A stretch of DNA of 64,000 nucleotides, taken from the NCBI RefSeq assembly GCF_003918875.1, contig NW_025766966.1, positions 1,116,001-1,180,000 of the forward strand, written 5' to 3'. The notes below the pieces were generated by a model, which worked only from the letters and a program-made list of their open reading frames with translations, had not been told where the DNA came from and searched no databases. The DNA comes from Haliotis rubra (Eukaryota). A program made the position numbers and the translations under genes. Of this stretch, positions 13,962-26,577 are shown one piece after another; position 1 is the first letter of the stretch; each line of letters begins with the position of its first letter.

Positions 13962-16900
13962 CTGAAAAGTTCAGGAATTATGTTTGACTTCTTTGAGTGG
14001 CATTTTGAAGTTGGTGTGATGATTCTGATAAACAACGGGAAGAGTTCTATGGATACACTACCTGCTTGATAACGGTGTTAGTACCTACGCTCATATTAAT
14101 AAATAATAATATTTGCATACAACGACTTTATCAATTGTCCCGTTACATGACAATAATGGACCATTTGTCTTGCAACAGTTTAGTATTTTCTAGATAAAAG
14201 TCCTGACTCCGTGGTGTAGAGGTTAGAGCGTCCGCCCGGAGAGCGGAAGGTCGCGGGTTCGATCCCCGACCGCGTCATACCAAAAAACGTTAAAATATGG
14301 TACTTGTTGGTCCCTGCCTGGTGCTCGGCGTTAATGGGTACAACAATGACTGGTTGGCTCGAAGTCAGTATAATGTGTCTGAGTTGGGTATTCATGCTTC
14401 ACTGCGGCATGGTATCTCAGTGGGCTAGCACTATAAAACCAGCTTGAGTCTGGGCTAGTACAAGCAACCGCACATACACATACACACGCATGCACGTTGT
14501 CATATGAGCGAAATATTCTCAAGTACGACGTTAAACCCAATTTCACCTCACCTCACCTAATATCTGTGAGCTTGGTAGCTAGGTACAGACATCGAAGAAT
14601 GTAGATAACATTGTCTGAAATAGTACAGGAGGTTATCCAACCCGTCATAGACATGAACATGCCGTACATTATATCACCACCATGGTATTCTATACTGGTG
14701 CAATATCTTACGTCCATCGCCACTGATGTCCAGGTTAAGCGTTGTATCTGTTTTCCCCAGGTGGAATTCCTGGTACATTATGGACTTCCCCTTGTAGTTC
14801 ACAACGATGTCATAGTCTCCATGGAAACCGTTCACAGTGAAGGACGATCCATCGGAGAGATTTTTAGCTACATGGGTTGACCATTCCTTCTGGACTAGAT
14901 CAAAGTAACGTTGACCAGCAGCGTTCACCTGCAAGAATATACTTTTTGTATTTCAGTATATTTTATCTAGTTTTTGTCCAGTACTAATTAGATGATGTTA
15001 TGAGTGAGTGAGTAAGCGAACTGATTTGGTTTTACGCCGAGTTATACAATGCTATGAAATGATGTATTTCAAGAAAAAAAGTAAATTAGTTATATAGGTT
15101 TAATTAATTGTTTTGAGTGTGTAATATATTCTTTCAGTATTATACTGTGGACATCTGGCTTCACAACTACGCGAATACAAGAATCGAACGGATGACGGGC
15201 GAACGCGGTAGCTGTTTGGCTTTACATTAAAGACCGTTTTGGTTTTTACATGGGTACAATGTATGAGTTATTGCTCAATTGTGTTATCTGTACCTGGTGT
15301 TGAGGTATCGTTGTGGTTTTATGTGTACCATGTCTTGAGATATCTTTGTTAATCTTTCTGTACCTGGTGTTGAGATATCGTTGTGTTATCTGTACCAGGT
15401 GTTGAGATATCGTTATGGTGTTATCTGTACCTGGTGTTGAGATATATTTGTTGTGTTATCTGTACCTGGTGTTAAGATATATTTGTTGTGTTATCTGTAC
15501 CTGGTGTTGAGACATATTTGTTGTGTTATCTGTACCTGGTGTTGAGACATATTTGTTGTGTTATCTGTACCTGGTGTTGAAATATCTTTGTTGTGTTATG
15601 TGTACCTGGTGTTGAGATATCGTTATGGTGTTATCTGTACCTGGTGTTGAGATATATTTGTTGTGTTATCTGTACCTGGTGTTAAGATATATTTGTTGTG
15701 TTATCTGTACCTGGTGTTGAGATATCGTTGTGGTGTTATCTGTACCTGGTGTTGAGATATGGGAATGATATTTGTATCTGGTGTTGAGATATATTTGTTG
15801 CGTTATATGTACCTAGTGTTGAGATATGGGTATGATATTTGTACCTGGTGTTGAGATATATTTGTTGTGTTATCTGTACCCGGTGTTGAAATATATTTGT
15901 TGTGTTATCTGTACCTGGTTTGATATATGGTCTGTTTCATCAGTAGACGTGTTCTTAAATCAACATTAATTTATCTTATTTATCCCTTTAAATACGGCCC
16001 GATTTTTACCTTTACACATATCTTACAGAGTGACATTTTACATTGACAAATATTCAGTAACAATACCATTTAAGAATATATTAAAAGATCGAGTTAATTA
16101 TGCTCACATAGAAGTTGTATCCATTGATAAGAGCGGCGTAAGGGCTTTTCATTTGATGATCCCAGAATCCCCAGAAAATGACGCCCTCCACTGCTGGGTG
16201 ACTGAAGTATGTCCTCAGAGCCCAGTCATACCAGTCCGCCCGGATGTTCTCGTCATGGTGCACCAGGTCCATCTCGGTAATCCACAGAGGTAGTCCCACA
16301 GACCCCAGTTTGTCCAGACGCCTCTGAAATATTATGTTGCCAATAGATATATATCGTGTCGTCAACGTTTTACTGATGTAACATTAAATACGACACCCGT
16401 TCGTTCTCAAAATGTCATTGATATTTATAGTACGTTTACATACAGTTAGTGGAAATGTAAAAGAGTACTTATATGTAGTAATGGTACTTGGCAATGTTAT
16501 GTTTGTCATTACGCAGTAGAATGAGAATGATTATTGACAATAATATAAACGTTAGCTAGAAAAGGCCTACTTTCAGAAGTGTGGGATCTGGAGGCGTATA
16601 GTCTCTGAAGTGACTCTGTAGACCAAGACCTCCCAGGCCAACATTGGCCTTTTTGAACTCTTTAGCCTGATCGACGTAAGCCTGGAAATACATATATCAT
16701 CACATACACACATATACCAAACAGATTCCATTGGGTGTAATAGGCAAAACAGTGGTGAAAAGTATATGAATAAATCAATGAAAGTCCGTGATGACACCAG
16801 GTGTTCGCGAAAAAGTGAAGTATGTCGCAGTTAACTCACACAATGTCCATACACAGCAAAGCACCAAACAATACTTGAACTATATACTGCGGGCGGGGCA

Positions 16901-19900
16901 ATTGTGTTGAGAATGGGGAGATGGTATGTAAATACAAACACATGGTATGTACAGTTCTCATGCTAGTTGTTATATAAGGGGAGTAAATATATTGTGTTAA
17001 GAGCAAACTCATGAGGTTCATTCCTAGCGTAGGGTATTTACCAGGATATTGGCATTGGCGACTCCATATTTATCAACACTGAAAGCTCTACCTACCCGAC
17101 ATCTCATACTTTCATCTTCATCCATATATGACACCGAAGGATACAATTTTATACCTTCATTTTATCCTTTAGACTACATGTAGATGGAGGTACTGCAAAT
17201 TTACATATTGACGTTGTTGTCATGGTGATTATTACGTGACACACATGGTAGAGTGAGGGCTACGATCATCATGTTTACGAAAAGTATTGTCAGCATACAT
17301 CAGTGACGGCTCCCACTGCGACGACATCGTAGTCGTTGAGAAAGAGCGTGGGCACCGGATCAGCCTTGTGTACCATATCGTAGATCTTCTCAGAGTACCG
17401 GGGATCGCCTGTTTTCTCCTCATATAACTGGCCATGGAGAAGTTCGTTGTTCACGTCCCAATGATCCAGTCTATAGCAGCAACATAACAATTGGTGAATG
17501 AGTGTTAGGGTTTAGGAATACTGTTAGCAATACTCCAGCAATAGGGGACACTAGAGATGGGCTTCATACGTTGTACCCACGTGGGGAATCGAACGGTTCT
17601 ACCACTAGGGTACCCCACCGCCCCTCAAAAATGATATTATACTTTCAAATATATTTTTATTCTCCTATCACCATCTGTTAATGGACACTAAATAGACGTA
17701 AGCACATGTTTTCTCCTATATAACTGACCATGGAAAAGTTCATTTTTTCAGATTCCAATGATCTAATCTAAAGTACAAAAAGTGATATTATACTTTCAAA
17801 TATATTCATTGATTCAGTCTATTAATCAGGCCTAAATAGACATGTATGAATAATTGGCTTCGTGTGTTCATTGTATATTTGATTTTACTGTTATTATTTT
17901 AAACGCGGTCATGGCGAATGATGCAGTTCACTTACATCCCCTTTGTGATGCCAGTCATAAATTTGACTCTGTCTGCAATGGCTGTTTTCAGCATCGGACC
18001 GTTTAAGGCTTCAACCCAGCTAGGCGAGCTCCCTGGAACCCCCCAGAACATATTGTGTCCTCGAACCTTCATGCTGAAAAATACCATACCAGCTGTGATA
18101 ACTTCCCTGGAACCCCCAGAACATATTGTGTCCTCGAACCTTCATGCTGAAAAATATCATACCAGCTGTTATAACTTCCCTGGAACCCCCAGAACATATT
18201 GTGTGCTCGAACCTTCATGCTGAAAAATATCATACCAGCTGTTATAACTTCCTTGGAACCCCCAGAACATATTGTGTGCTCGAACCTTCGTGCTGAAAAA
18301 CATCAGCTGTTTGTAACCCCCCTCTCAGCTGTTGTAACTTCTCTGATAATGGTAAAATAACACTGATCCGCATTTGTAAGACACGTACCCATGTTGTTTA
18401 AGCACCTTCACACCATTTGTAGCAGTTGTGTAGTCAGGATGGTCCTGTAGAAGACGGATAGCTACTATAATGTTTATCAAATATTTTGTCATAGTAAGTC
18501 TTGCATACATATTTGTGATGGTAATTTTTCGGAGAATTACTTTGCATGCAGAAATCTAATCCAAATAATGGACAATAATTCGATTTTACTTTCAGAAGGA
18601 ACAAATGAAGACATGAACAGACCTTGGTGCCTCTGTTATACTTCCACTTGAAGGACCCTGCTGTCGCCCAGTTAAACATGTCATACACAAAGTTTTGATA
18701 TTGTTTGTAACCAGGGTCGGTCATATAGTCCTCGTTTATCACTGACCCAAATCCAAAGAGATGTCTTTTGTGGTCAATCTGTAACTCAGAGAAGTACATA
18801 AAATGTCCTGAAGTACATATATCAAAGACATTCAACACTTGGGAATATACACTTTTTCGCTTCCGAATATTTTATGACTATAACAAGTGTACCATAGGTA
18901 TATGCAAAGAGGTTGTATACTGTATATATTTATATTATACTTCATCGAAATTGAGTATATTGAGTATTGGATGTTATCATATTTAAACAACATGAACAGA
19001 ATTATTATATCTAACCTTAATTTCAATATCAGCTGGGTTGAATGAAGATGAATGTGTCACTCTGTAACACATGATGATCCATGTACGTTTTAGTCACATG
19101 TTTGTTCAAGACAAGTAAATATAACACAGAAATGTCTCATATTGTGGTCCACACTATAAAAAACTTTTGTCTTCACATACATTCCATATCAAAAATATTA
19201 ATGCAATGCTGGTTCTTGATTAATCGTTTGAAATATATTCACACATTTTCAACCTTCAGGTCACTTGCCGGGATTCGACCACTTTTTAACAGTATGTCTT
19301 ACCTTAAGTTGAATTACTTTATGGTAATATGTTCAGCCCTTAAAAGTCATATAACTTGCAAATATGAATATCCATAGGCACAAGGCGTTTCGCTTTATAG
19401 TTCGTTCAGACTGAGTAATACATGTGGTGAGTATTGTATGACAAAACGACTATCAAACGGATTACTGCAAAGGTTCTGCTTGCAATTGGTTCGGGTATGT
19501 TCAGAGCAGAACGAGGTTAACAGTAGACAGGCTTACTGAACATTGATGTTGTTTTTCCTAATCTTCTGTATTCTGGCATCAGCCTCGGCCTTCCAACTCA
19601 TGTCCTCGTCCACCGTCAGGAGAGAAGCGTCGTCAACGATGAAGTCGATTCCTGCATCGGGGCCTTGGAAGTACAGGTTCGCCTTGCTGAAGTCTGGAGG
19701 TGAATGGAGAATAGTCATTACAGCATGACATATATTCAAGTATATGTCAATGGAAATCTTTATTGCACACCTTAAAAGCGGAAGCTTAATCACAGTTCAA
19801 GATCATGTCTGGAATTTGTCTACGAGAGATACAGATTGGCCTTATTGATGTCTTCTGGAGACTCAGACATTATTATATTAGGGTTGCGTTAATAGAAGCA

Positions 19901-22900
19901 ACAAAGCGATTCATGGTATCAGATATTACAAGTACCGCTCCATGAAATGTATGTGTTTGCCAAATACATGGACACACCCCTTGCATACACAATGTCTTGT
20001 GCTCCGTTTGTTGACTGAAAAATCGTTTAATTGACCGCCAGCCAAACATGAAAATATGATGATTCTGACTGACACTAGATATTGCTCGATGGTCAGTTGG
20101 TCAGTTGGTCAGTTGAGCTCATTATGTACGGTGAATAAATGGAGCAGCAGCACAAGCATGCTGGTATCCGTAGCTTCGCACACTTGCACCCAAGTGGACA
20201 TACACTTATGGGTCTTTGGCTTGACTTGACAATGTGGTCAAGCTACGAATTCGCCTCAACGATTACATGGAAAATGACAGTGCTGAATTTGTTTGTGTTA
20301 GTTTGTTGAGTGTCGTTCCAGCTATATGGCGGCGGTCTTAAAATAATATAGTCTGGACTAGACACTCCAGTGATCAACATCATTAGCATGGATCTACACA
20401 ATTTGGATGCGATGACATCTGTCATGCAACCATGTCAGCAAACATGACCAAGCGATCACGTCAGTCATGTGCAGACCAAGTCTAACCCTGATCGTCACGG
20501 GTGAATATCTATATTAGTTGGACTTACTTTTCAAAGGAGCGGTGAAATCCCCGTCTAGGCTGAACCATCCATTGGCAGACTGAACAAATGGGTGTTGAGC
20601 GATGTCGTAATAATCCGTTTTACCTACGTAGGGCAAAAATCGTCATTGGGTTAGGATATTTAGCATCGTGTCTCATAAAACACTCTTATTATTTACAGTA
20701 ATAAGCATGCATGGGCGGATCCAGAGACCCATCACCACCAGCGCCAACCGTCTCCCCCCAAATATTTCCCCTGAGGAGCATTTCCTCCTGACCATTAGGC
20801 TTCATATTTTATCTGCAATCCCACCCTCCCTATAATCCTGCATCCGCCCCTGAGATGGTAATCGCTATTTAGACATTTATATGACCTATGGAATCTATTT
20901 GATATTGGAGACAGATCATTGCTCACTGACGTTGGTATGCTGTAAATAACCTTCTTACTTAAACTCTTTGAATGTCGCTTATTCAGATCACATATCTATG
21001 AAAACTTAATGATAATATATATTTTTTCATTCCGCCAATCAGAAGTAAGCAGAACGTTAAAGTAGCAACCTCTGTTGCTGATATAAGACTAAATAGTTGA
21101 ACATACTGTGATCAAAACCTATATATATATATCTTAAATACTTATGGTGGCGAAGTATGACGAATCGTGACGGATCAGTGCCGAAAACAGAAGTGCCTTT
21201 TCCTCCCGCCACCACCCCGTTCTTTTTTCGCTTGTCCCCAACCTTAATTACACTTTGAATGCATTTTCAAAACTACTTGAAAGTGGAATTAATTTTGTAG
21301 TTTTGCTTCCCACCGAGTAGAATTCTGGGGCTCAAACTTCGTAAACCAACGTAGAGCGAAAAGTGTCCAGTCATCAGAGTGAGTGTGTGAGTGCAGCTTT
21401 GAATAGCATGTGACGTCACATTGCAGGATGACTGCTTGATATCGGAGGATAGCTCTACACCATCCTTGTCTTCGACGCTTACCAGTTTGTTGACACCCAC
21501 AACCAATGGGTATGATGAAAACTGATCAAGGCGAATCAGGGATTAGAACCTTAGACCACCCGTTTGAGACCTGAATAGAACAGAGATAGATTCTTCGCAC
21601 TACAGTACATACCGTCATCAGCCCATGTATATGCAATGGTGATCTTGATGGTCTGGAACAACGTTCCTGTGTGGTCATTCAGCTGTTTAACACTGGAGGT
21701 ATAGGAATAGCGGCCACCCGGCTGCAGCTGGACATTCTGAGCAGGACCTTGGTACGTCTTTGTTCTGAAACGCATATTACTTGATATTTACTTCACACAT
21801 ATTAGAGATTAAACGACCCCAACAGACAGTTCTTGCATAATTATGATCTTGAGATATATTTTAAGTATTTAGTACTGTAACGTGATAACATTGTTTGCTT
21901 TACATTGCATTTCATACGACCTAGTCTGATCCGAACTACATCGACTTATATTCTACATCATGCTGTGACTTGTTAAAGTTTCCGAAACAATTAGTGTTGT
22001 TCTTTATGAAAAGATTTACGACCAGATTATAAACTAAATAACACCAACATCCCAGACTTGATCATTTGTCCAAACGGATGATTATTGAATGCCTATATCC
22101 TCTTTCGCCAAGGAGAACAGTGATAACATTCTTAGCACAGCTAATGTGACCAGAGGATCATTTCACAAACATTTTGAGACAAGTGGAACATCCTTGTCGA
22201 AGACATCTCGCTTAATAATCAGATTCACAGAACACTATATTTCACTAACCTGATATTACCTCTGATAACTGCACATATATATGGAAAGTGTTTTGTCGGT
22301 TTTACTACTGTAAACATTTACAAAGAAAACACTCATGACGAACTGTTGTTGTTTTTTGAGCACTTGCTGTGTATTTTAGTCTAAAAATTAATGGTCACTT
22401 TGAGCTCTTTATGACTGAAGCTTACTCGTGCATGCGTGCGTGCGTGCGTGCGTGCGAGCGTGTGAAAAAATGACCTCGTACAAATGTCTCTACATTTGAT
22501 CCGTATACCTAATTCTTCCGTTCCAAATATTGAACCTTATCGCGAATATGATAATGCAATCAAGGTTCCTCAGACACTGACCTTGACATATTTAACCATT
22601 GCAGTTTATATTTAACTTCAATAAACAACTTTAATGCATACAAAGTACAATGGAAATATCTCTAAACTTCCTTTTCAGGTAAGAATTCTTGTAACTAGTG
22701 TACGTGTAGAACGGGACCTTTGTCATAGTCAAATAGTATTGTTATAATATATATTTATTATATCGCATTAGGCTGACCATTAACTCGTGTATGTAGGCGA
22801 TAAGATATACAGATTTCCTAATGTCAGATAAGCCGATTACCTCTGTGTCAATATTGAATTACCTTCCGGAGACTTTGACAGCACGAGTCCCACCATGAAC

Positions 22901-23050
22901 ATCATCAGTGATGCTCACAATGTTGAAACCCCATCCATTCCAGTTGTCTGACAGATCTGAACTCTCAAACCCTGGGTTTTTCAGCACCTCGAGTCCAGAT
23001 ACAATCTGGACAAGAACTAGAGCTAGAGCAAGAGCACTGCCTCGAATCAT
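8261..23050 (-). CDS. Secreted GH10 endo-1,4-beta-xylanase: signal peptide + CBM4/9-like module + GH10 + PCSK9-C-terminal-like Cys-rich triple module (18 exons, 852 aa)
   Basis: Hand-spliced exons (- strand): 23050-22863, 21764-21613, 20623-20528, 19693-19537, 19061-19016, 18778-18623, 18444-18389, 18073-17936, 17470-17299, 16681-16571, 16323-16108, 14928-14712, 13961-13732, 12857-12767, 10652-10524, 9999-9904, 9635-9456, 8388-8261. All introns GT-AG with consistent phases; 2559 nt, no internal stop. Signal peptide MIRGSALALALVLVQIVSG; CBM motif LKNPGFE; GH10 motifs RGHNMFW, WDVNNE (acid/base), LFLNDY, GLGLQSHF, LPLWITEMD (nucleophile), GVIFWGFWD. Confidence 0.92.
8778..8945 (+). mobile_element. 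SINE family A copy (another at 9280-9437)
   Basis: Same head, body and tail as 2943-3110, inside xylanase intron 17. Confidence 0.85.
11420..11635 (+). mobile_element. SINE fragment with L2-like 3' end
   Basis: ccacccagttgtgaatgggtacc core and aaagcgcctttgagc...ggcgctata end; truncated by the gap. Confidence 0.5.
11636..12489. other. Assembly gap (xylanase intron 14)
   Basis: N run. Confidence 1.
14205..14558 (+). mobile_element. tRNA-derived SINE family C (Meta-SINE-like, (CACCT)n tail)
   Basis: tRNA head then cgtcataccaaaa..cgttaaaatatggtac; near-identical copy at 35995-36372(-), partial at 33220-33340(-). Confidence 0.8.
15280..15920. repeat. ~35-37-bp minisatellite in xylanase intron 11
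   Basis: Unit gtgttatctgtacctggtgttgagatatatttgtt, roughly 17-18 variant copies. Confidence 0.9.
18031..18310. repeat. 73-bp tandem repeat (4 units) spanning the exon 8 acceptor of the xylanase gene
   Basis: Acceptor-plus-exon-start copies begin at 18073, 18146, 18219 and 18292. Confidence 0.9.
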
Positions 23051-23095
23051 GGCTGCTGCCCAACAGGTGTGACAATCTGTTCTCACATCAGATCC

Positions 23096-23105
23096 ATATA
23101 TATAT
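23096..23105 (-). promoter_or_regulatory. Candidate TATA box of the xylanase gene
   Basis: TATATATA about 50 nt upstream of the ATG at 23050; positional evidence only. Confidence 0.4.
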
Positions 23106-24529
23106 TCCTCGCTTATCTCCTTCGCAGACCTTGTGGTCCCTTATCAAGACACAATGACTCATGTCTACTCCGACGTCCAGATCGTCCAAGGTCGGAATTT
23201 ACCTTTTGAGATCTTTATGTTTGCAAATATTCACGTATTTAGGTATGATAATTGATATTTCATGTTATGATAGTTAAATGATACCCTTCCATGATTGGGT
23301 TATGATAGACAAACAAATAAAGACCTCATCACCCACCCCATCCTGAGGGACTTGAATGTAATAACATAATTTTTCATTTGAGCACATTCTTAAAACCCAT
23401 TGATGGGAGTGCAAACACAAACCAAAGTAGGTAACCCAGTACCAGTTGGACGGTGCCGGGACAGGCTCGCTGACTTGGTTGACACCATCGGTTCCTAATT
23501 GCGCAGATCGATGCCAGAATCTGGTCAGACTCGATTTTACAGACCGCCGCCATAGCGAATATTGCTGAGTGCGGCCAAATATAGCTACATGGCTAAGTGG
23601 GTTAGATCGCCGATTTTGTGTGCCTCACTCTCATGGATGCGACACACCAAAGAGTGCCAGAATAGCATAACCCCAAATATAACATTTGCACAACATAATT
23701 TGGTTTGTAAAGAAGCAAAAAAAAAAACAATTTGAAAGTAATAACGTATAACTTCAAAACTTGGAACCTCCAGAGAGATCAAAGCTTGATAAGCAGGGGT
23801 TCCAGGGCCGCCCTCCTCGGCCGGGTCCTGAAGCCCAACAGAAGCCAACGCACAATGGAAAATTCCTTTCTAAAAGCAGAAACTGAAAACGATGTAATCA
23901 TAACTGTTTGTGTGATTTTTACGAATTTTCATTTTCATTTTCACATGAACCTAGTTTTGCTTGAGATTTATCAGTTTTGTATTGAGATGAGTAATGAATC
24001 GCGTTTGTCTCAAGCCAAATGCGTGAGAGTTACCAGGTATGTAACTTATAATACCTTGTTCACGTGACTCAAGCACGAACCTCACGTTTATCTACACAGC
24101 TTTGCCCAGTACCACACACTTACCGTATTTATCCTGTTACTAAACATATGAGTTTCATAGGTTTATAGTGTTGGGTTTAGTATGTGGGTGTAGTTTAGCT
24201 AGACTAGATTCATTGACATTTCTTAATTTTGTCGATGATATATAGTTAACTGGTGTCCCCGCATTTGGTCGTCAGTGTTCCTGGTTATTTACATCTGGTG
24301 TGTAGGCGTAAAACAATTTCACATAGCTTATTTTTCATTAGATTAATCATTATCACCTAATTTAAAATGTTAGTATGTTGCATTTGTCACTCAGTCCGAT
24401 ACAGCTAACCTCATGTTTTACCTGTGGCGATAACTGTTTCCATATTTGAATTCAATGATTATTTCTCTTGCGTATCGAGACCAACGCAGTGTTGTGAACT
24501 ATGTGGACAGGCAATTGGAACAAATCAGA

Positions 24530-24680
24530 TTATACGGAGATGGTTTAGTTGGACGACCCAAGAGAAAACTTTATATTTCATTTATACGGAGATGGTTTAG
24601 TTGGACGACCCAAGAGAAAACTTTATATTTCATTTATACGGAGATGGTTTAGTTGGACGAAAACTTTATATTTCATTTAT
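24530..24680. repeat. 52-bp tandem repeat (~2.7 copies)
   Basis: ttatacggagatggtttagttggacgacccaagagaaaactttatatttcat. Confidence 0.85.
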
Positions 24681-25630
24681 CAGTTGGTTTAGTTTCATTT
24701 TAACAATGAAAATTGAATGGGTTATATTCAGCTGGCTGATTTCTCTCCTCTCCATCTTTGTAAAGTATTTCTGAATGTTTATGAAACGAGTTTCTGTCAT
24801 TACCGCAGTTCTAAACGTTTTGCATACGTAAATGTTACTCTATGTCATGTACCGGCTAGTGGAATCTCGGGTGATTGGACCTTGATGACTATATGCCTGT
24901 ATCAAGATGTAGTATCATTTGTAGTTTCCTCATGCCCGCTTAAGAACGGAAAATGTGTTTGTATGAATGCACACATGGAAAACGTATGGAATAAATGTAA
25001 GGGAACGCTAAGATAGTCGTAAGTTAATGTTTATGTATGACATTTACGACTATCTTTAGCGCTAAGAAAGCTTCGAAAATCAAGGCCCTGATCTTTTAAC
25101 ACCCATACTGCCAATTATAATCATATCATAATTATGTTTGTTTGTATGAATATTTTGACTCTTAGGGTGCAACATGCATTAATTTCATGTACATTGATTT
25201 GATTTCAGGTATACATGTGCTGCGAACAAAGTGCGCATCAAGTCATGAAGCAGATAGCAAGTATCAAATATCAGCCGATTGGTCAGAAAACATCAGCCAA
25301 ATAATGACGTCAAGGACCGTCAGCGTTCAAGTCGTCCACGAGTAACAACACCCAAGGAGGATACAGCCCTCAGAGTCACAAGACTTCATTCCTTCATGTG
25401 AAGTGGCAATCGGCTTCTACCAGAACGGTCCGAAGTCGCCTAACATCAGCCCTGGCACAATGCCAGACGACTTATCACACGTCCGTTGTTTTCCCCAGAG
25501 CTGCAAGCAGTACGACTACCTTGGTGTCACGGTCACTGTAATTCGACGTCGTGGGGAAGGGTGCACTGGTAGGACGAAAGTCGATTTCTTTAGTTCATGA
25601 CTGATCTTAGAGGTGTTATTGATGGCGAAA

Positions 25631-25852
25631 CCCGTGAAGATCCGGGTTAGAATTGATCTTCAGCAACCCATGCTTGTCGTAAGAGGCGACTAATGGGATC
25701 GGGTGGTCAAGCTCGCTGAGCTCGGTTCACAATTGCGTAGACCGATGCTCATCCTGTTGATCACTTGATTGTCTGGTCCAGACTCGATTGTTTACAGACC
25801 GCCGTCATATAGCTGGAATATTGCTGAGTGCGGCGTAAAACTAAACTCACTC
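25631..25852 (+). mobile_element. SINE family B (cccgtgaagatccggg...ctggtccagactcgat...; 3' tail like family A)
   Basis: Copies at 2505-2700(-), 4810-4950(+), 12490-12690(+), 20300-20503(-), 23460-23575(+), 28076-28317(-), 33770-33947(-), 35017-35262(-), 37118-37354(-). Confidence 0.85.
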
Positions 25853-26075
25853 TCTATTGATGGCGGAACTCGTGTTTGCATTGCAGAAACGTTGCAAATG
25901 CACAACGAAATATCTTGGAACAAGTACCGTTAGGCTGGAGTTCATTAATGGCGTGGTGTCTCACATCAGTGTGAACCCGACCTTGTGATGATTAGACAAA
26001 ATCTGAATGGACAACGGTAAATCGTGGACATCCTAGACAGGGTTGTTTTTACCATATTACGATGACCATTCTCTG

Positions 26076-26256
26076 TATAGAACACACTTTATGGGTAACA
26101 GCTTCTTTATTTCATGAGTGCGACGTTTCGATACAGATTCTTGTACCTTTGTCAGGGTACAAGAATGCAAGCCCCCTTGACAACGGTACAAGAATCTGTA
26201 TCGAAACGTCGCACTCGCGAAACAAAGAAGCTGTTACCCATAAAGTGTGTTCTATA
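26076..26256. repeat. ~80-bp-arm inverted repeat containing hammerhead-like cores
   Basis: Arms ~26076-26155 and ~26177-26256, nearly perfect complements. Confidence 0.8.
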
Positions 26257-26439
26257 TTGTACGTCTCAACTTCTAAAATTCCACTCAAACATCCTCAAAC
26301 TCATTATCCTCTGACCACAAGACCGACCAATGCTAGGCCATATCGTTTACGTGTCGTTGATGATTTCGTAGGCCAAAAGGCGGTAGCAACACTACCTTGG
26401 CCCGCCTGGTTTAATACCAGGATTAAAACACAAAGCTTG

Positions 26440-26577
26440 AACTCAACAAGAACATTTATTTTTATTTTACATGTATATTGTATGATTTGTATATAGAAGA
26501 CGTGCGTTCAGATGTACAGCCGGGTCGCTGATCTGGACCTCGGTGAGATGAAAGGATTCAGGATCTTACAGGTGCGT
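26440..26577 (-). other. Probable 3'-terminal non-coding exon of the PTP gene
   Basis: Donor GTAAGT at 27917, about 30 nt after the stop; acceptor tttctgtttccag ending 26578; AATAAA at 26455-26460. Confidence 0.5.

Noticed and set aside
15280-15920. Possible CRISPR or coding repeat
   Set aside because: Head-to-tail variant units inside an intron; no spacers and no sustained ORF.
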